Below the pieces are notes generated by a model. It saw only the letters and a list, made by a program, of their open reading frames with translations, was not told where the DNA came from and searched no databases. A stretch of DNA of 64,000 nucleotides from Xylographa opegraphella (taxonomy: Eukaryota), in assembly GCA_022813865.1 (NCBI GenBank), contig JALDZX010000030.1, forward strand, positions 1-64,000. Reading direction: 5' to 3'. The translations under genes were made by a program, and so were the position numbers. Every line of letters begins with the position of its first letter. Positions within the stretch are counted from its first letter, which is position 1. Below, piece after piece: positions 37,069 to 49,253 of this stretch.

Positions 37069-37979
37069 GACATTGCAAGCGGCCGGAATCTTTGCAGCGT
37101 CGGCATCCGAGTCGCAGGGCTTGGCCGCGTGAAGCGGAATGGATCAACCTGTGGAGCGCATTATGGACTTGTAGAATTACTGCTACACACATTTCAGCCG
37201 TAATTGACACCTCGCTGATGGCTATGCCCGAAGCTTGACGTCTTGAGCAGTGCGTGCGAAATCTGCCTGACAAGAGGATAATCCCACGTGAGCGGCGCTA
37301 GTAGTAGTTATCCCCACTGCTACAACTCGTAACGAGGCATTACGCGACGGAGCAGGCCAGTCCGTGCTGTGGTCCGACCACACGGAATGGAAGCTAGTCT
37401 TACTATACCTCCGTACAGCCTTGTCAGGTAACTTGACCAGCCTGCACCAACACCGCCCTTGCTATGCTTGGGGTGCTTATCCCAGCCTCGTTCGAGATAC
37501 TAAGTGAATAACACGTCTGATTTGCAAGCTACGACAATGGCTCCTGGTATTCCACTACTACTGAAATCGGTAAGAGATACATGATTGTAGAGCCTTTGAG
37601 GATTGCCCAGGGGTACGTTGGATGCCATCGGCAGTGATTGAATGCTGCAATGGAGGCCTGCAAAAAGCGACATGCACGACGGACCGGAACAGTGGACGGC
37701 GAAAGCAGGAAGACAGGCAGGTTTGGGATATAGAACGATCAAATCCGTGAAAAGGGATATCACGAGCAGCGACCGATCGAGCTTCAGAGTTAGAACCGCT
37801 TTTGTATTGGTGGTACTCCGTAGAAGAGCAGCTAAGGATCCCCGTCAACCATGGCGCTGGAGTCCATACCATACACTATCCTGGATTACCATGTCCGAAC
37901 CCCACACGCGCTGTGTAACTATCCGTAATCTCGTTAAGTACATCATCATCGCGAACCATTTGCAGCAGTACCACCACGA

Positions 37980-39049
37980 TCAGGGTGAATACCTTGTCAT
38001 TCCCTCGCCCCTTTTGATCTCGTATCTCAGGACATCCAGACTCCTCACGAAATAATTCCTGAGCCCCATTTCTCGTCCCAGCAGATCACCAGTCTTCTCG
38101 ATCCTCTTCACATCCCTCGGAATCATCCATTCTGGGCTCTCCTGGCCCGCATTGCTCTGCTCCAAACGTTGCCTGATTATGTCTACCATGCTTTGATCGA
38201 GAAGAGTGTAGAACTCAGCGATTGTCTTCGAGTCCGATTCGTTTTCTTCGCCTGTGATGTGGCTATTGAGGTTCCCCGCCAGTTTGATGAGGAGCTCGAA
38301 GGCTTGAGGGGCGCCTTGAGAGAGTGTTGACAAATGGGCGATTGGAGGTACTAGAGTGGAGAGGGTTATTGTGACGGTGGACATCGGAATTGGGCTCGGC
38401 AGTGAGTCTGCCAGGCGATGAAGGTCGTAGTTCAGCATGGTCATCTTGCGCTCGAGTTGAGAGGCGAATGTGCTTGCGGCAACCGGGGAGGAGGACATTG
38501 TGGCTGCCAGGTGTGGGGTCAAGTCTGAAGAAGAGATGGGTCAGTACTACTTGGAGTAGCCAGAACGAGAATCCACTCACCGGGTCGTAAGCCACGTTTG
38601 TCGATCCACGAATGCATCTCAGCACGCTCATTTTCGAGCTCTTGAATACGCTGGTTTGCATCCTCGAGATCGTTCTTTAGAATGTCGATTTGTTCAACAT
38701 AAGGCTTGATCGCTTCGTTGAAGACTCGAGTCAGTGGGTCTGGAGCTGGCACGATATTTGCAGAAGTGTTGTGCATAACCGCATCACTCGAACTGTCTAA
38801 AGGTCGCCCCTGTGATGAATATTGATCCTGCGGCGCTGCGCGACGGTACGACTGCAGCATATCTTGGGAGTTGTGGTTACTCGAGGAGAATTGAGAGTCC
38901 TTCAGGGGAGAGAACGGCTGATTGGTGTTGTGGTTGCTGTTGTTGTCGGCGTAAGAGGAAGAGGGACGAAAGGACATCGGCTTCTGTTGCTGAAAGTCTT
39001 GCTCGCCTTTGGAGTTGCGATCTCTGGACAGGCGTCGCAACCAGGACAT
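37980..39049 (-). CDS. fungal hypothetical protein with coiled coil, 2 exons
   Basis: ORFs 38519-39049 and 37980-38522 join via a GTGAGT..TTCAG intron (~38527-38580), giving WIDKRGLRP|DL..QLERKMTMLNYDLHRL. Confidence 0.8.
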
Positions 39050-40153
39050 GTTCTTCGAGATCCTCTGGCTTACACTCCTAATAGAGCAATACGCCTTCTA
39101 GTAGTAATCGTCGAAAGTCGAGGTTGGGTGGAAGGACGGTGGCTGGTAATTCAAGTGAATCATGGTGGTTGGGAAACCCTAACGAGCAATTTCATCGGTA
39201 GGCAATCCTTGCAATTGCGCATGTCGGGCAACCGAGCGTCATTAGACGAGGCGAGGGTACGTGGAGAAGTGCGAGAGGCCAACTTCTGGTACATGACCGT
39301 CAACACTGCCTCGGTACGGAGTAATACTAATACAGATTGCATGGTCAAGAACTCTGTGCTGTGCAATTCGGCCATTGACGTTGGATCGCCGACCAGGGTT
39401 GACCAGGGTTTGCCTCGGGCGAGAGCTCGAAGATCACCCAACCAACCGCCGGACCATGCTTTGGTGGTGAATCTACTACTTCCGTACACCTACTTATGTA
39501 CGGAGTAGGTGTCCAATTTATCATGTTTCGGAGCTAAATCTACCGTCTCATCATTGTCAAAGATCCGGTGTACTACATGGACATTTCCATGATGCCGACA
39601 GGGCTGGGACGGCAACGCGGCCGGCGCCGAAAGCATGTTGTTTAACACGACTTTTTCGTCCGTACTCCAAAACCTAATATCAACGCCCATAGCGGCGCAG
39701 CTCTGTCCTCATGCCTCTTACTCGACAAATAGCTCGCCCGACTCGTAGATACTCCGGGGAAACCAAAGCTGGCGCCAGAAAATACGTACAGGACCAGAAA
39801 GAACGGGCGGAAGAGCGGTATTGCATCGCCCATGAATGAACGCTTCCGAGGTTTAATCGATGCGAACCACCATCCCATCAGCATCCCTGCATCATATCTT
39901 GATTTGAAGCCTTGAGAACAAAGCGAAATCGCAATCAACGAAAGGGAGCAGGTACTCGCAAATTACACAGTTCACTCATCCATGCGACAAACCAGGCTTG
40001 TGATGTGGTAGATGGATCTTTCCGTTGCACAGATCTTTGCCAGGCCGCGGTGTCAGTCTACAATCCCCGCCAGTCAAGAGCGAGAGTTTATAAAAGCTGT
40101 CCTACTCAACCTATGTGCGCCGTCCCGTCTGAGCCGCATCCTCCAACGGCTTC

Positions 40154-42013
40154 TTAGTACTGTATCTCAGGCCCGTTCTGGACAATAACCTTCTGCTTTC
40201 TTAGCGACGCCTTCACCGGGTGCGGGTCGTCGAAAATCTCGTCAATTTCCTCCAAACTCCTCCCCTTCGTCTCCACAAAGGTGAAGTAGATAAACGCAAT
40301 TCCTGCAACGTCGATCGCCAAGTACAAGATGTAGAAACGCCATCCCGAATTCGTGATCCCCACCGGCGCGGCATACGTGTTGATGAAGCTCACGATATTC
40401 AACCACAGCCCTGACATTGCAAGACCTTTGGCACGGGCGTTGTAGGCGAGCACCTCGGAAGGGTAGAGCGCCTGGCAAGGGGTCCAGACGAAGGCGAACG
40501 CGAATAGGAAGACGTACACGAACGAGATCCCGGCCAGGCCGACGGATGGGTGCCCGGCTTGGTTGGCGCTGCAGATGATGACAATGAGAACGCAGATGCT
40601 GCAGATGGTACTGGATCCCATGAGCATGGGGCGGCGGCCGTAGCGGTCGATGAAGTTGACGCCGAGGAGGGTGCCGATGGTCATAACGGGGGATTGGAGG
40701 GCATTCATGAGGAGTTGCTGCTTGTTGGAGACGATACCGGCCGTTTTAGCCATCAGCGGCATATAATAACTCGTTGGTGGAAGGTCGATTTGCCCGAAGA
40801 AGCCGATGCAAAGGACGAGGAACGACCGGTGACGGGCGCTCCTGCTGTTGAATAGCTCGCGGTAATCGTACCATTTCTATGGAGCCAGTTAATCAGAAAA
40901 TCCTGGATGAGTAGACAATAGCTCACCTTGTCGCTTCCGGCAGTGTTGATGGCCTCTCGCATCTCAGCCATTTCGACTTGGACTACTGGGTGTTGTGCGT
41001 CCCCTTCTCCGTGATACCTATTACACGTTAGGCTTCTTGAACCGTCGGAGTCGAAGGCACACGAACTTGGCAAGGATCTTCAGAGCCTCTTCTTCACGAC
41101 CGTTGCTCATCAGCCATCGAGGGGACTCCGGGATGAACCACACGAAGACAAGGACGATGATGCACGGGATTCCTTGCGTCGCCATTGGGATGCGCCAATT
41201 AATTTCGCCCTGAACATCATCGACGATGCCGTATTCCAGCCCTGTCTGAATGAGACTTGGGTTCTAGCCGTTAAGCTTATGACAAGGCTACTCACAGGTC
41301 GAGACGATAGCACCGATAAAGTAGCAACCATTGTAAAGACCCATCATAACACCACGATATGCCGGGTGGGAGATCTCCACGGTGTAAGACTGCGCGGAAG
41401 GGCCTGGAAAGGAGTGATTAGAAGGCTCACGTTCCCCAACTCGAATGTAGCTTACCAAGCAGGACAGAACCAACGCCCAGTACTACACGGCCTGCGATCA
41501 TGTCTCGTCTCTGCATGGCGGCTGCTTGCACCACGGAGCCAATAATGACGACGATGTTGGCAACGAACATGCCCCTTCTCCGGCCGAATCGATCGGCGAG
41601 CGGGCCTGCGAAGAATGAACCAAGTACATTGCCTAGTTCAATCGTTGGTAAGCTGACATGATAGAGTATCGAACAGACGAACCCAGAATATAAATCGCAG
41701 CAAGGAATCCGTCACTGGAGGCGACATTGGTACCAAACCGAGCCTGGAAGTCCTTGACAGATGATACGCCACCGAAGGTGTTGCCATCAAAGCCGTTCGC
41801 CGCACTGTTCATGAATGCTACAAAGAGGATGGGGTAGAGCATCAGAAGACCCTTGGATAAGGGATGTGGCCTGTACTGGGCATTGATGGCGGCAAAGCGG
41901 GAATCCTGCGTGGTAACGACATGCTTTGCGCCATGACTTTCGAGGTCGGACACTGGATCCTGGTCCTCGACATGGGCGGCGACCACCTTGTCACCTTGCA
42001 CTTGCTTTTCCAT
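40154..42013 (-). CDS. MFS sugar porter (lactose/cellodextrin-permease-like), multi-exon
   Basis: ANGFDG, ADRFGRRRG, YTVEISHPAYRG, PESPRWL, IDRYGRR, YPSEVL..RAKG, FVETKGRSLEEIDEIF. Confidence 0.92.
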
Positions 42014-43911
42014 CACGCTCAGCGGCTATGAGAAAATATTCGAATCAAACAAGCGTAATCAAAGACAGCAAAGGAAGGTAGATCGAGGTGGTTGCAATGA
42101 AAGACGAGAAGAGGCGAGCAGAGGCATATATACACATATGTACGCGCTATATTTGTAAAGTCTCAAAAAGATAGAAGTCTAGACTAGAGCCTCACAGGCA
42201 GAGCTAATCGCCTGCAGCCATGGGATGCGATGGCCCTTTGTGTATATCTGTGGCGCTGGGCCCACCGAGCTTTCTGCGGCATTTCGGACCCTCATCCGTG
42301 ATCTCCAGCTCCTTGGGAGAATCGTCTGAGCAGTAAGACGTGCAGAAAGGATAAGCAAGTCAGTGGTGGTCGAGTTGATCGTCGCATGATTTGACCCAAT
42401 GTAGAGAAGCGCGAAGGTTGTTGCTTACGATAGATAGCTACCTTTCTCGTAGGTGCATGACCGGCAATGATCTCGGATTATCTCACATCTGCGGTGATGG
42501 CACGACAAATCAGAGGCGGCTACTGCGGTCGTGGACCTGGAGCATCGAACATGAATGCAGCAACTGAAGTCGTGCTTCCGTCCCACTTTTTCCCCACGCT
42601 TTCCCCCAGACTTCGGATAATTACCCCGCACGGCGCCTCTTCCACGCCGACGTCGAGATAATAGGAACATATAGGAACATTCTGGAGCAGTAATCCGTTC
42701 GTGCTCGAGACTCACAAGGAACCGACGTTTGCAGTTGTACTTCGAAAGGGCCAAGCCAATGTCAAGGACTCGGAACCGGCAACGCTAGGCCAGTCTTAGG
42801 ACTAACCCTAAGCATTACTACCACAGTGATTTTTTATATGCAGGCGACGCCCCCACCGGCCTCTGAGCGAGGTGGCTTTGGTCGATCGTGCTTTGCAAGT
42901 GTCAAATGTGGTAGCGGGCTCAACATCCTGGACAAAGTTTTGGTGGATACCATCAAGCTACCTAAGGTACGTGGTAAGTACTTTAGGACATTATTGAGTT
43001 GCTAGGTAACCCTCTCTATTGACGTGGGAGTCCTTGCGCACGATCGAGTGGCCCAAGGCATGATAGCGGACGGCCCACCGTGGTCCGGACTTCTTCGGGC
43101 AAGGGCGCCGGAGAAACTCATGTGCCACCACTAGGAATGGAGTTCAGCCCTGGTTGATTGAGTCAGCAGAACCCAAACGTGTCCTAATGACTTCTGAGCG
43201 GACACCAACGGCTTCGGGCTTGTTCGAGTCACACTCATACCGTCTGGTCGAGGACAAGCTTCGTGCTTCGCTCACTGCCGAATATGCCTGCAGACAGTGA
43301 ACGAGGCGCTTGGCAACGACAATTATGATCTTGCTACCCTTGAATGTTGAGACCCGAATGGCTCGTTCCGTAGGCTCAACCTACCGTTTTCGCAGTAAAT
43401 TGTAGCCCAGGATAGGCTGTCCATTTACCAGTCCAGCATTTCCACCAATCGATAGATCGCTATTAAAGGCCTTCCTCAAAAACCAAGAGACGGCGAAATA
43501 CGAGCCACTCTTCCGTCATGGCACCGAGTGACAGTTTCATTACCCGCACAATCAGCCATGACAGTGTAGCTGCTGGGGAAGCTGCTAGCACATATATCCG
43601 GTTTGTGGGTACAGTCGCAGCGGCTTGAATCAGATACTAGACGGAAAGGCAACCGAAGGAATCGTTGAAATCCTTGCTCATAGATAGAGGTCCTCGGTGT
43701 TGGGAATTCCATTCCAGCTCCAGCATATCGTACGATTGGACTATAGCATTGCGGCTCGGCCTAGAAAAATATAGCCTTGTTTTCCTTACACAATCGAAAG
43801 GATTCGTGATGTTGAGGATCAGCTCGTGATGATGAAAGTGCAAAATTTGTGGGCACGTTGGAAGCGTGGACCAAATACGCTACGCTGTTGCAGCTTCCTC
43901 ACACGTACCTT

Positions 43912-45299
43912 TTAAATCGGCAAAATATCGTAGCCGTCCTGCTCGATTCGCACAGCTTCCGCTTCATTGGCATACCGTCTTCGAACAAGCTCGAAAATCA
44001 CAAGTCCAGCACTTGTGCTTGGGATCTGCTTCAGCGTACTCTTCACAAACCCTCGGTATAACAATTTCCTCCATCCGCCAACACGCCGAGCTTGAACAGC
44101 ACACTTCTTGAATGTCTGTGTGTATGCGTGACCATAGTACCGAAACGTTCTATATCCCAAGCGATTCTCCTTTAGAAAACGGTCCATTGACTCTAATCTG
44201 GTATGACAGATGCTTTGCACCATAGCAATGGGATACTGGACCATCTGCTGAGCCATGGATGCCGAGAATCCCGCGAGCATGAGGAATGAAGGCTCCAAAG
44301 CGCAATGCGGACGAATTGCAATAACACCGTCCTCTCCTATCCGAGCTTGGCCGTATGAAATAGCACTTGAGTGTACATCGAGAACCCCTTAGTATCTGGT
44401 CACGAATGCGTAAAAGCTTTGAGCTTTGACATACTCAAATGTTGCGAAGAACGCTCCGAACCCTAAAGAATCTCTTGCCAGCGTGAAACCCCACCCAGCA
44501 AATATACTGCGAAAACCAAGCTCTCGGAGCTGGCGATACCCATAATGCCACATGTTCTTATAGCGGCCTTCCAGCATGTCTTTTGTGTGAAAGCGGGCTT
44601 GTAGCGCATCAACAGGTGCAGCAACCACGGACTGGATAGAACCCGCAGCGAACCCTGCCATAAACGTACTACTACTTGGCGGAGGCGGAAAGACCCTCTT
44701 GGTAGATACCGACGATGGCGCATGAAAGCTGCCAAGGATCTGAAGATACGAAGAATACGCAATGCTGCCCACTCTGTGGAATGAGTTCAATAGAGGCTCA
44801 ACTTATTACCAAAATGGGACATACACTATGTTCGCCAGCAGTGGAGGTAATAGCTGGTTAGGGATGAATCCCCAGCCATAGCTACGGATGGCATGGCTTA
44901 GAACCCCAGGTGTGCTCATATGCCATGGCCATTTCTCATTTGCTCGGAAACGTGGATTGATAGCTCTGGCAAAAGCCTGGGCCGATTAGCTTGGATATAA
45001 GTATCAGAGTTACAGCGATCGATACCAGATAGCTATCTGCGGTTTTAGCTCTGAAGGCGTCCAATACAGAATAGTGACTGCACTCACTCTACTCGATTTC
45101 GAAAAAAGGTCTTGGCTGGAGCTCGAAAATATAGAGCTATCAACCTCGCCGTAACAGCTCATACCCCGGCAGCTGAAGCTCCGGTAGATACATTGTTCTG
45201 GCGTTCAGATTGCGGTTGACCCTCCGTTTTGGCTGAAATGCTTGCTTTGTGAGATTGTTGTGAGTCGCATGTGTTTGTTGACGGGACTCTTTTGATCAT
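43912..45299 (-). pseudogene. fungal mitochondrial-carrier-family gene interrupted by two in-frame stops (pseudogene or recoded)
   Basis: GASAAGV*AVTARLIALYFRAPAKTFFRNRVD|YL|AFARAINP..WGFIPNQLLPPLLAN..AAPVDALQAR..FEYVKAQ..TRY*G..LEPSFLMLAG..LYRGF..GLVIFELVRRRY. TGA at 45159-45161, TAA at 44389-44391. Confidence 0.8.
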
Positions 45300-45912
45300 T
45301 CTAAGTTACAGCTGTGATCCGCGTGTTTCAAGAAAACCCATAGCAACCCCCTCCCATCTTTGTATCATAGGTCCTACAATATCAAAGGTCCAGACCAGCG
45401 CGTGGAGCTGTGGGAAACCCAGTTACCTTACTTTGTCGGAACTTATCACCAGCGCGTTAAATTGTAAGAGACCGATTAACCAGTCCCCTCCTGCACGTGT
45501 AATGAAAGGCTCAGCTGCCCAGTGTACAGTATGATATACGGGGTTGGCTGTTCCTTTTGATGGTGGGAATCAGGTACGAAGTACTACGCAGTAAGTTACC
45601 AATTTTCGGCTACCGTAGGTATTTTGCCTCAGACGTGGCTGTAACACGCGGGTCCTCCGTACTTAGGTTGCACTTCTCCGTATGGCTAAGTTACCGTATC
45701 TTACTGAGGCAAGCGGTCAAGCCATTGATATGCCTAGTTACGTAACCGGAGTTGCCGCGAAAACCACTTAGACGCGATCCACGACCTCTTATTCGGATAT
45801 TCCTCACTTTAGCATCACAACCCCCCTGTGCCTGCCTCATCTTATTCTTGCATCTTAAACTTGTCCAACTTTTGGACACAGACCAGCCCTGTCTCTGGCT
45901 CTCGTCAGCAAT

Positions 45913-48900
45913 ATGGCGGAAGAGGTACAGATCGACAAACAGGTATTTCACGACCGGCTTGGACAGTTTGTCTCTGCCTGGAAAGCCGACAAAAGATCGG
46001 GTGACGCGTTGTTCGGCGGTGTAGGATCTATAGTGATTTTACTAGGCAAGGCCGAGGAGAATGCCATATTTCAGAAGAATAATGCTATGCACGTAAGAGC
46101 AATGGTGCCTGGCTCAAGGAATCTGTCGGACTGCTAATATATCGCTATTGTGAACAGTTCTGGCTGCTTGGTTACGAATTTCCGGCTACTCTCATGATAT
46201 TCACTACTGAGACTTTATATATCGTTACTACGGTCAAGAAAGGTGGTCGAATCTTGTCCAAGACAACGAACTGCAGCTGACATTGTTTTGCTTTACAGCC
46301 AAACACCTCGAGCTCCTCAAAGGTGGTAAGATTCCTTTGGAGATATTGGTTCGTGGAAAGGATGCGGAACAGAATTCCAAGCATTGGGAAAAGTGTTTGG
46401 AAATTATCAAGACTGCTGGCGTACGTTGCACCTGAATTACTGGACTTAATACGTACTGATACGAAAATAGAACAAAGTCGGCACCATTGCAAAGGATACA
46501 TGCACAGGCCCATTCGCGGACGACTGGAAGAAAGCTTTCGGCGATATTTCAAAGGATGTCGAGGAGGTTGATATTTCTGTCCCACTATCCGCTGCCGCCC
46601 TGTCTGCCAAAGACGAGAACGAGCTTGTGAGTATCAATTACAACAGACACATGTTGCAGGCTAAACGTCCATAGCGCTCCATCCGGAATGCTTCTAAAGC
46701 TTGCACACTTCTCATGACCGAATTCTTTGTGGAAGAGATGTCCGAGATCCTGGACGCGGAGAAGGACGTGACGCACAAGACACTTGCGGAACGAATCGAT
46801 AGGAAGATCGATGATGGCGAATTCTTCAAGAAAATTCCCTCAGACTTCTCTGTCAACCAGCTCGACTGGGTTTATGGTCCTGTAATCCAAAGCGGCGGCA
46901 AGTATGATCTCAAGCTTTCAGCCATGTCCGACGACAACAACCTACACGCAGGAACTATTATTGCCGGACTTGGTCTTCGATATAAAAGCTACTCGTCCAT
47001 CCTTGCAAGGACCTATCTCGTGGATCCCAACAAATCTCAAGAAAGCAACTACAAACTGCTTCTCAGTATTCATGAAACCGTGATAAAAGAGGCACAAGAA
47101 GGTGTGGCCGTCAAAGATTTATACAACAAGGCCCTAGGGATCATCAGGACTAAGAAGCCAGATATGGAGAAGTATTTCGTCAAGAATGTTGGAGGGGGTA
47201 TCGGTATCGAGACTAGAGACAGCACTCTTATTCTCAATGGCAAGAATACGAGGGTTCTTAAGGACGGCATGACCCTTTGTGTCACCACCGGATTCAGTGA
47301 CATTCCAAATCCTGACCCCCAAGACAAAACTAGCAAAACTTATTCATTACTTATTTCCGACACGGTACGCATTCGTAGAGACGCTCCAACAGTTGTTTTT
47401 ACGAATGCTGCACCTTCCGACCTCGAATCAACCTCCTTCTTCTTCAAGGACGATGTAGAAGAAGAGCAGAAGGAGCCTAAAGCAAAGACCAAGAAAGATC
47501 CCAAAGTTGGAGCTGTCGCTTCTACCAATATCACAAAAACTAAGCTCCGTGCCGAGCGAAACACTCAAGCCGACGAAGGCGCCGAAGCCAGGCGACGTCA
47601 ACACCAGAAGGAGTTAGCCCAGAAGAAACAGGCAGAAGGGTTGGAACGATACAGTGAGGCCATGGGCGACCAAAATGGTGTAGCACAAAAGAAGTTCAAA
47701 CGCTTCGAATCATATAAGAGGGACAACCAATTGCCATCGCGAGTGAAAGACCTCGTGATCGTTGTTGATCAGAAGGCCGCGACAGTGGTTCTTCCCATCA
47801 TGGGTAGACCTGTACCCTTCCACATAAACACCATTAAGAACGCTAGTAAGAGTGATGAAGGCGAGTTCACCTATCTGCGGATAAATTTCCTGTCGCCAGG
47901 TCAAGGTGTTGGCAGAAAAGATGATCAGCCATTCGAAGATTCCAATGCACACTTTGTGCGAAGTTTGACCTTCCGATCCAAAGACGCGCAGCGGATGCAA
48001 GACATCTCAGAGCAAATCACAGAACTGAGAAAGAACATGGTCCGCCGTGAGCAAGAAAAGAAAGAGTTGGAGGATGTGGTTGAACAGGACAAGCTGACAG
48101 AGATAAGAAGTAATAACTCCTTGCCACATTGTTCGAAATCTACTGACCCATCTCAGACCGAAAACCTGCTCGGCTTGAGAATGTGTTCGTCCGGCCTGCA
48201 ATGGATGGTAAGCGTATCCCGGGCGAAGTGGAAATCCACCAGAATGGATTACGATACCGAGATCATCGAGGAAACAACATCGATGTGCTTTTCAGCAATG
48301 TTAAGCACCTATTCTTCCAACCCTGCACTCACGAACTAATTGTAATAATTCATGTCCACCTGAAAAATCCTATCATGATTGGCAAGAAAAAGGCGAAGGA
48401 TGTTCAATTCTATCGTGAAGCTACGGATATGCAATTTGACGAGACCGGTAATCGTAAGCGCAAGCATAGGATGCATGATGAGGAAGAGTTTGAGCAGGAA
48501 CAAGAAGAACGAAGACGAAGAGCAGCGCTTGACAAGGAGTTTAAGGTCTTTGCCGAGAAAGTCTCGGCTGCTGGCACAGACGAAAATGTTAGCGTGGACA
48601 TTCCGTTCCGTGAACTTGGATTTAATGGTGTACCAAATCGGTCAAGTGTCCTGATGCAGCCCACGACAGACTGCTTGGTGCAACTTACAGAGCCGCCTTT
48701 CACTGTCATTACCTTAGATGACATCGAAATCGCCCATCTTGAACGTGTTCAATTTGGGTTGAAGAACTTCGACATGGTATTTGTTTTCAAGGACTTCCAC
48801 CGAACGCCAGCACACGTCAACACGATTCCGGTAGAGTCCTTAGAGGGCGTGAAGGACTGGCTGGACTCGGTCAATATTCCCTATTCCGAAGGCCCGCTCA

Positions 48901-49253
48901 ACTTGAACTGGGGGACGATCATGAAAACAGTCATAGCAGATCCGCATCAATTCTTCGCCGATGGTGGTTGGTCGTTCTTGGCTGCTGAATCCGACGACGA
49001 AGATGCATCCGAAGAAGAAGAGGAGTCGGCTTTTGAAATGTCAGAGTCCGGTTTGGCTGTCTCGGACGTGTCGTCTGAAGACGAGTCTGACTTTGATGAT
49101 GATGCGAGCGCAGATGCGAGCGCTGACGCCAGTCTGGATGAAGAGAGCGCCGGGGAGGATTGGGATGAGCTTGAGAGGAAGGCGAAGAAGAAAGACAGGG
49201 ACAGCGGTCTCAATGACGAGGAGGAAGACAACGGGCGGAAGAAAAAGAGGTAA
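45913..49253 (+). CDS. SPT16: FACT complex subunit Spt16/Cdc68, multi-exon
   Basis: [67 protein letters not shown], acidic C-terminus. Confidence 0.97.

Noticed and set aside
42400..43850. Interval between the sugar porter and the carrier
   Set aside because: No supported gene, tRNA or repeat boundary.
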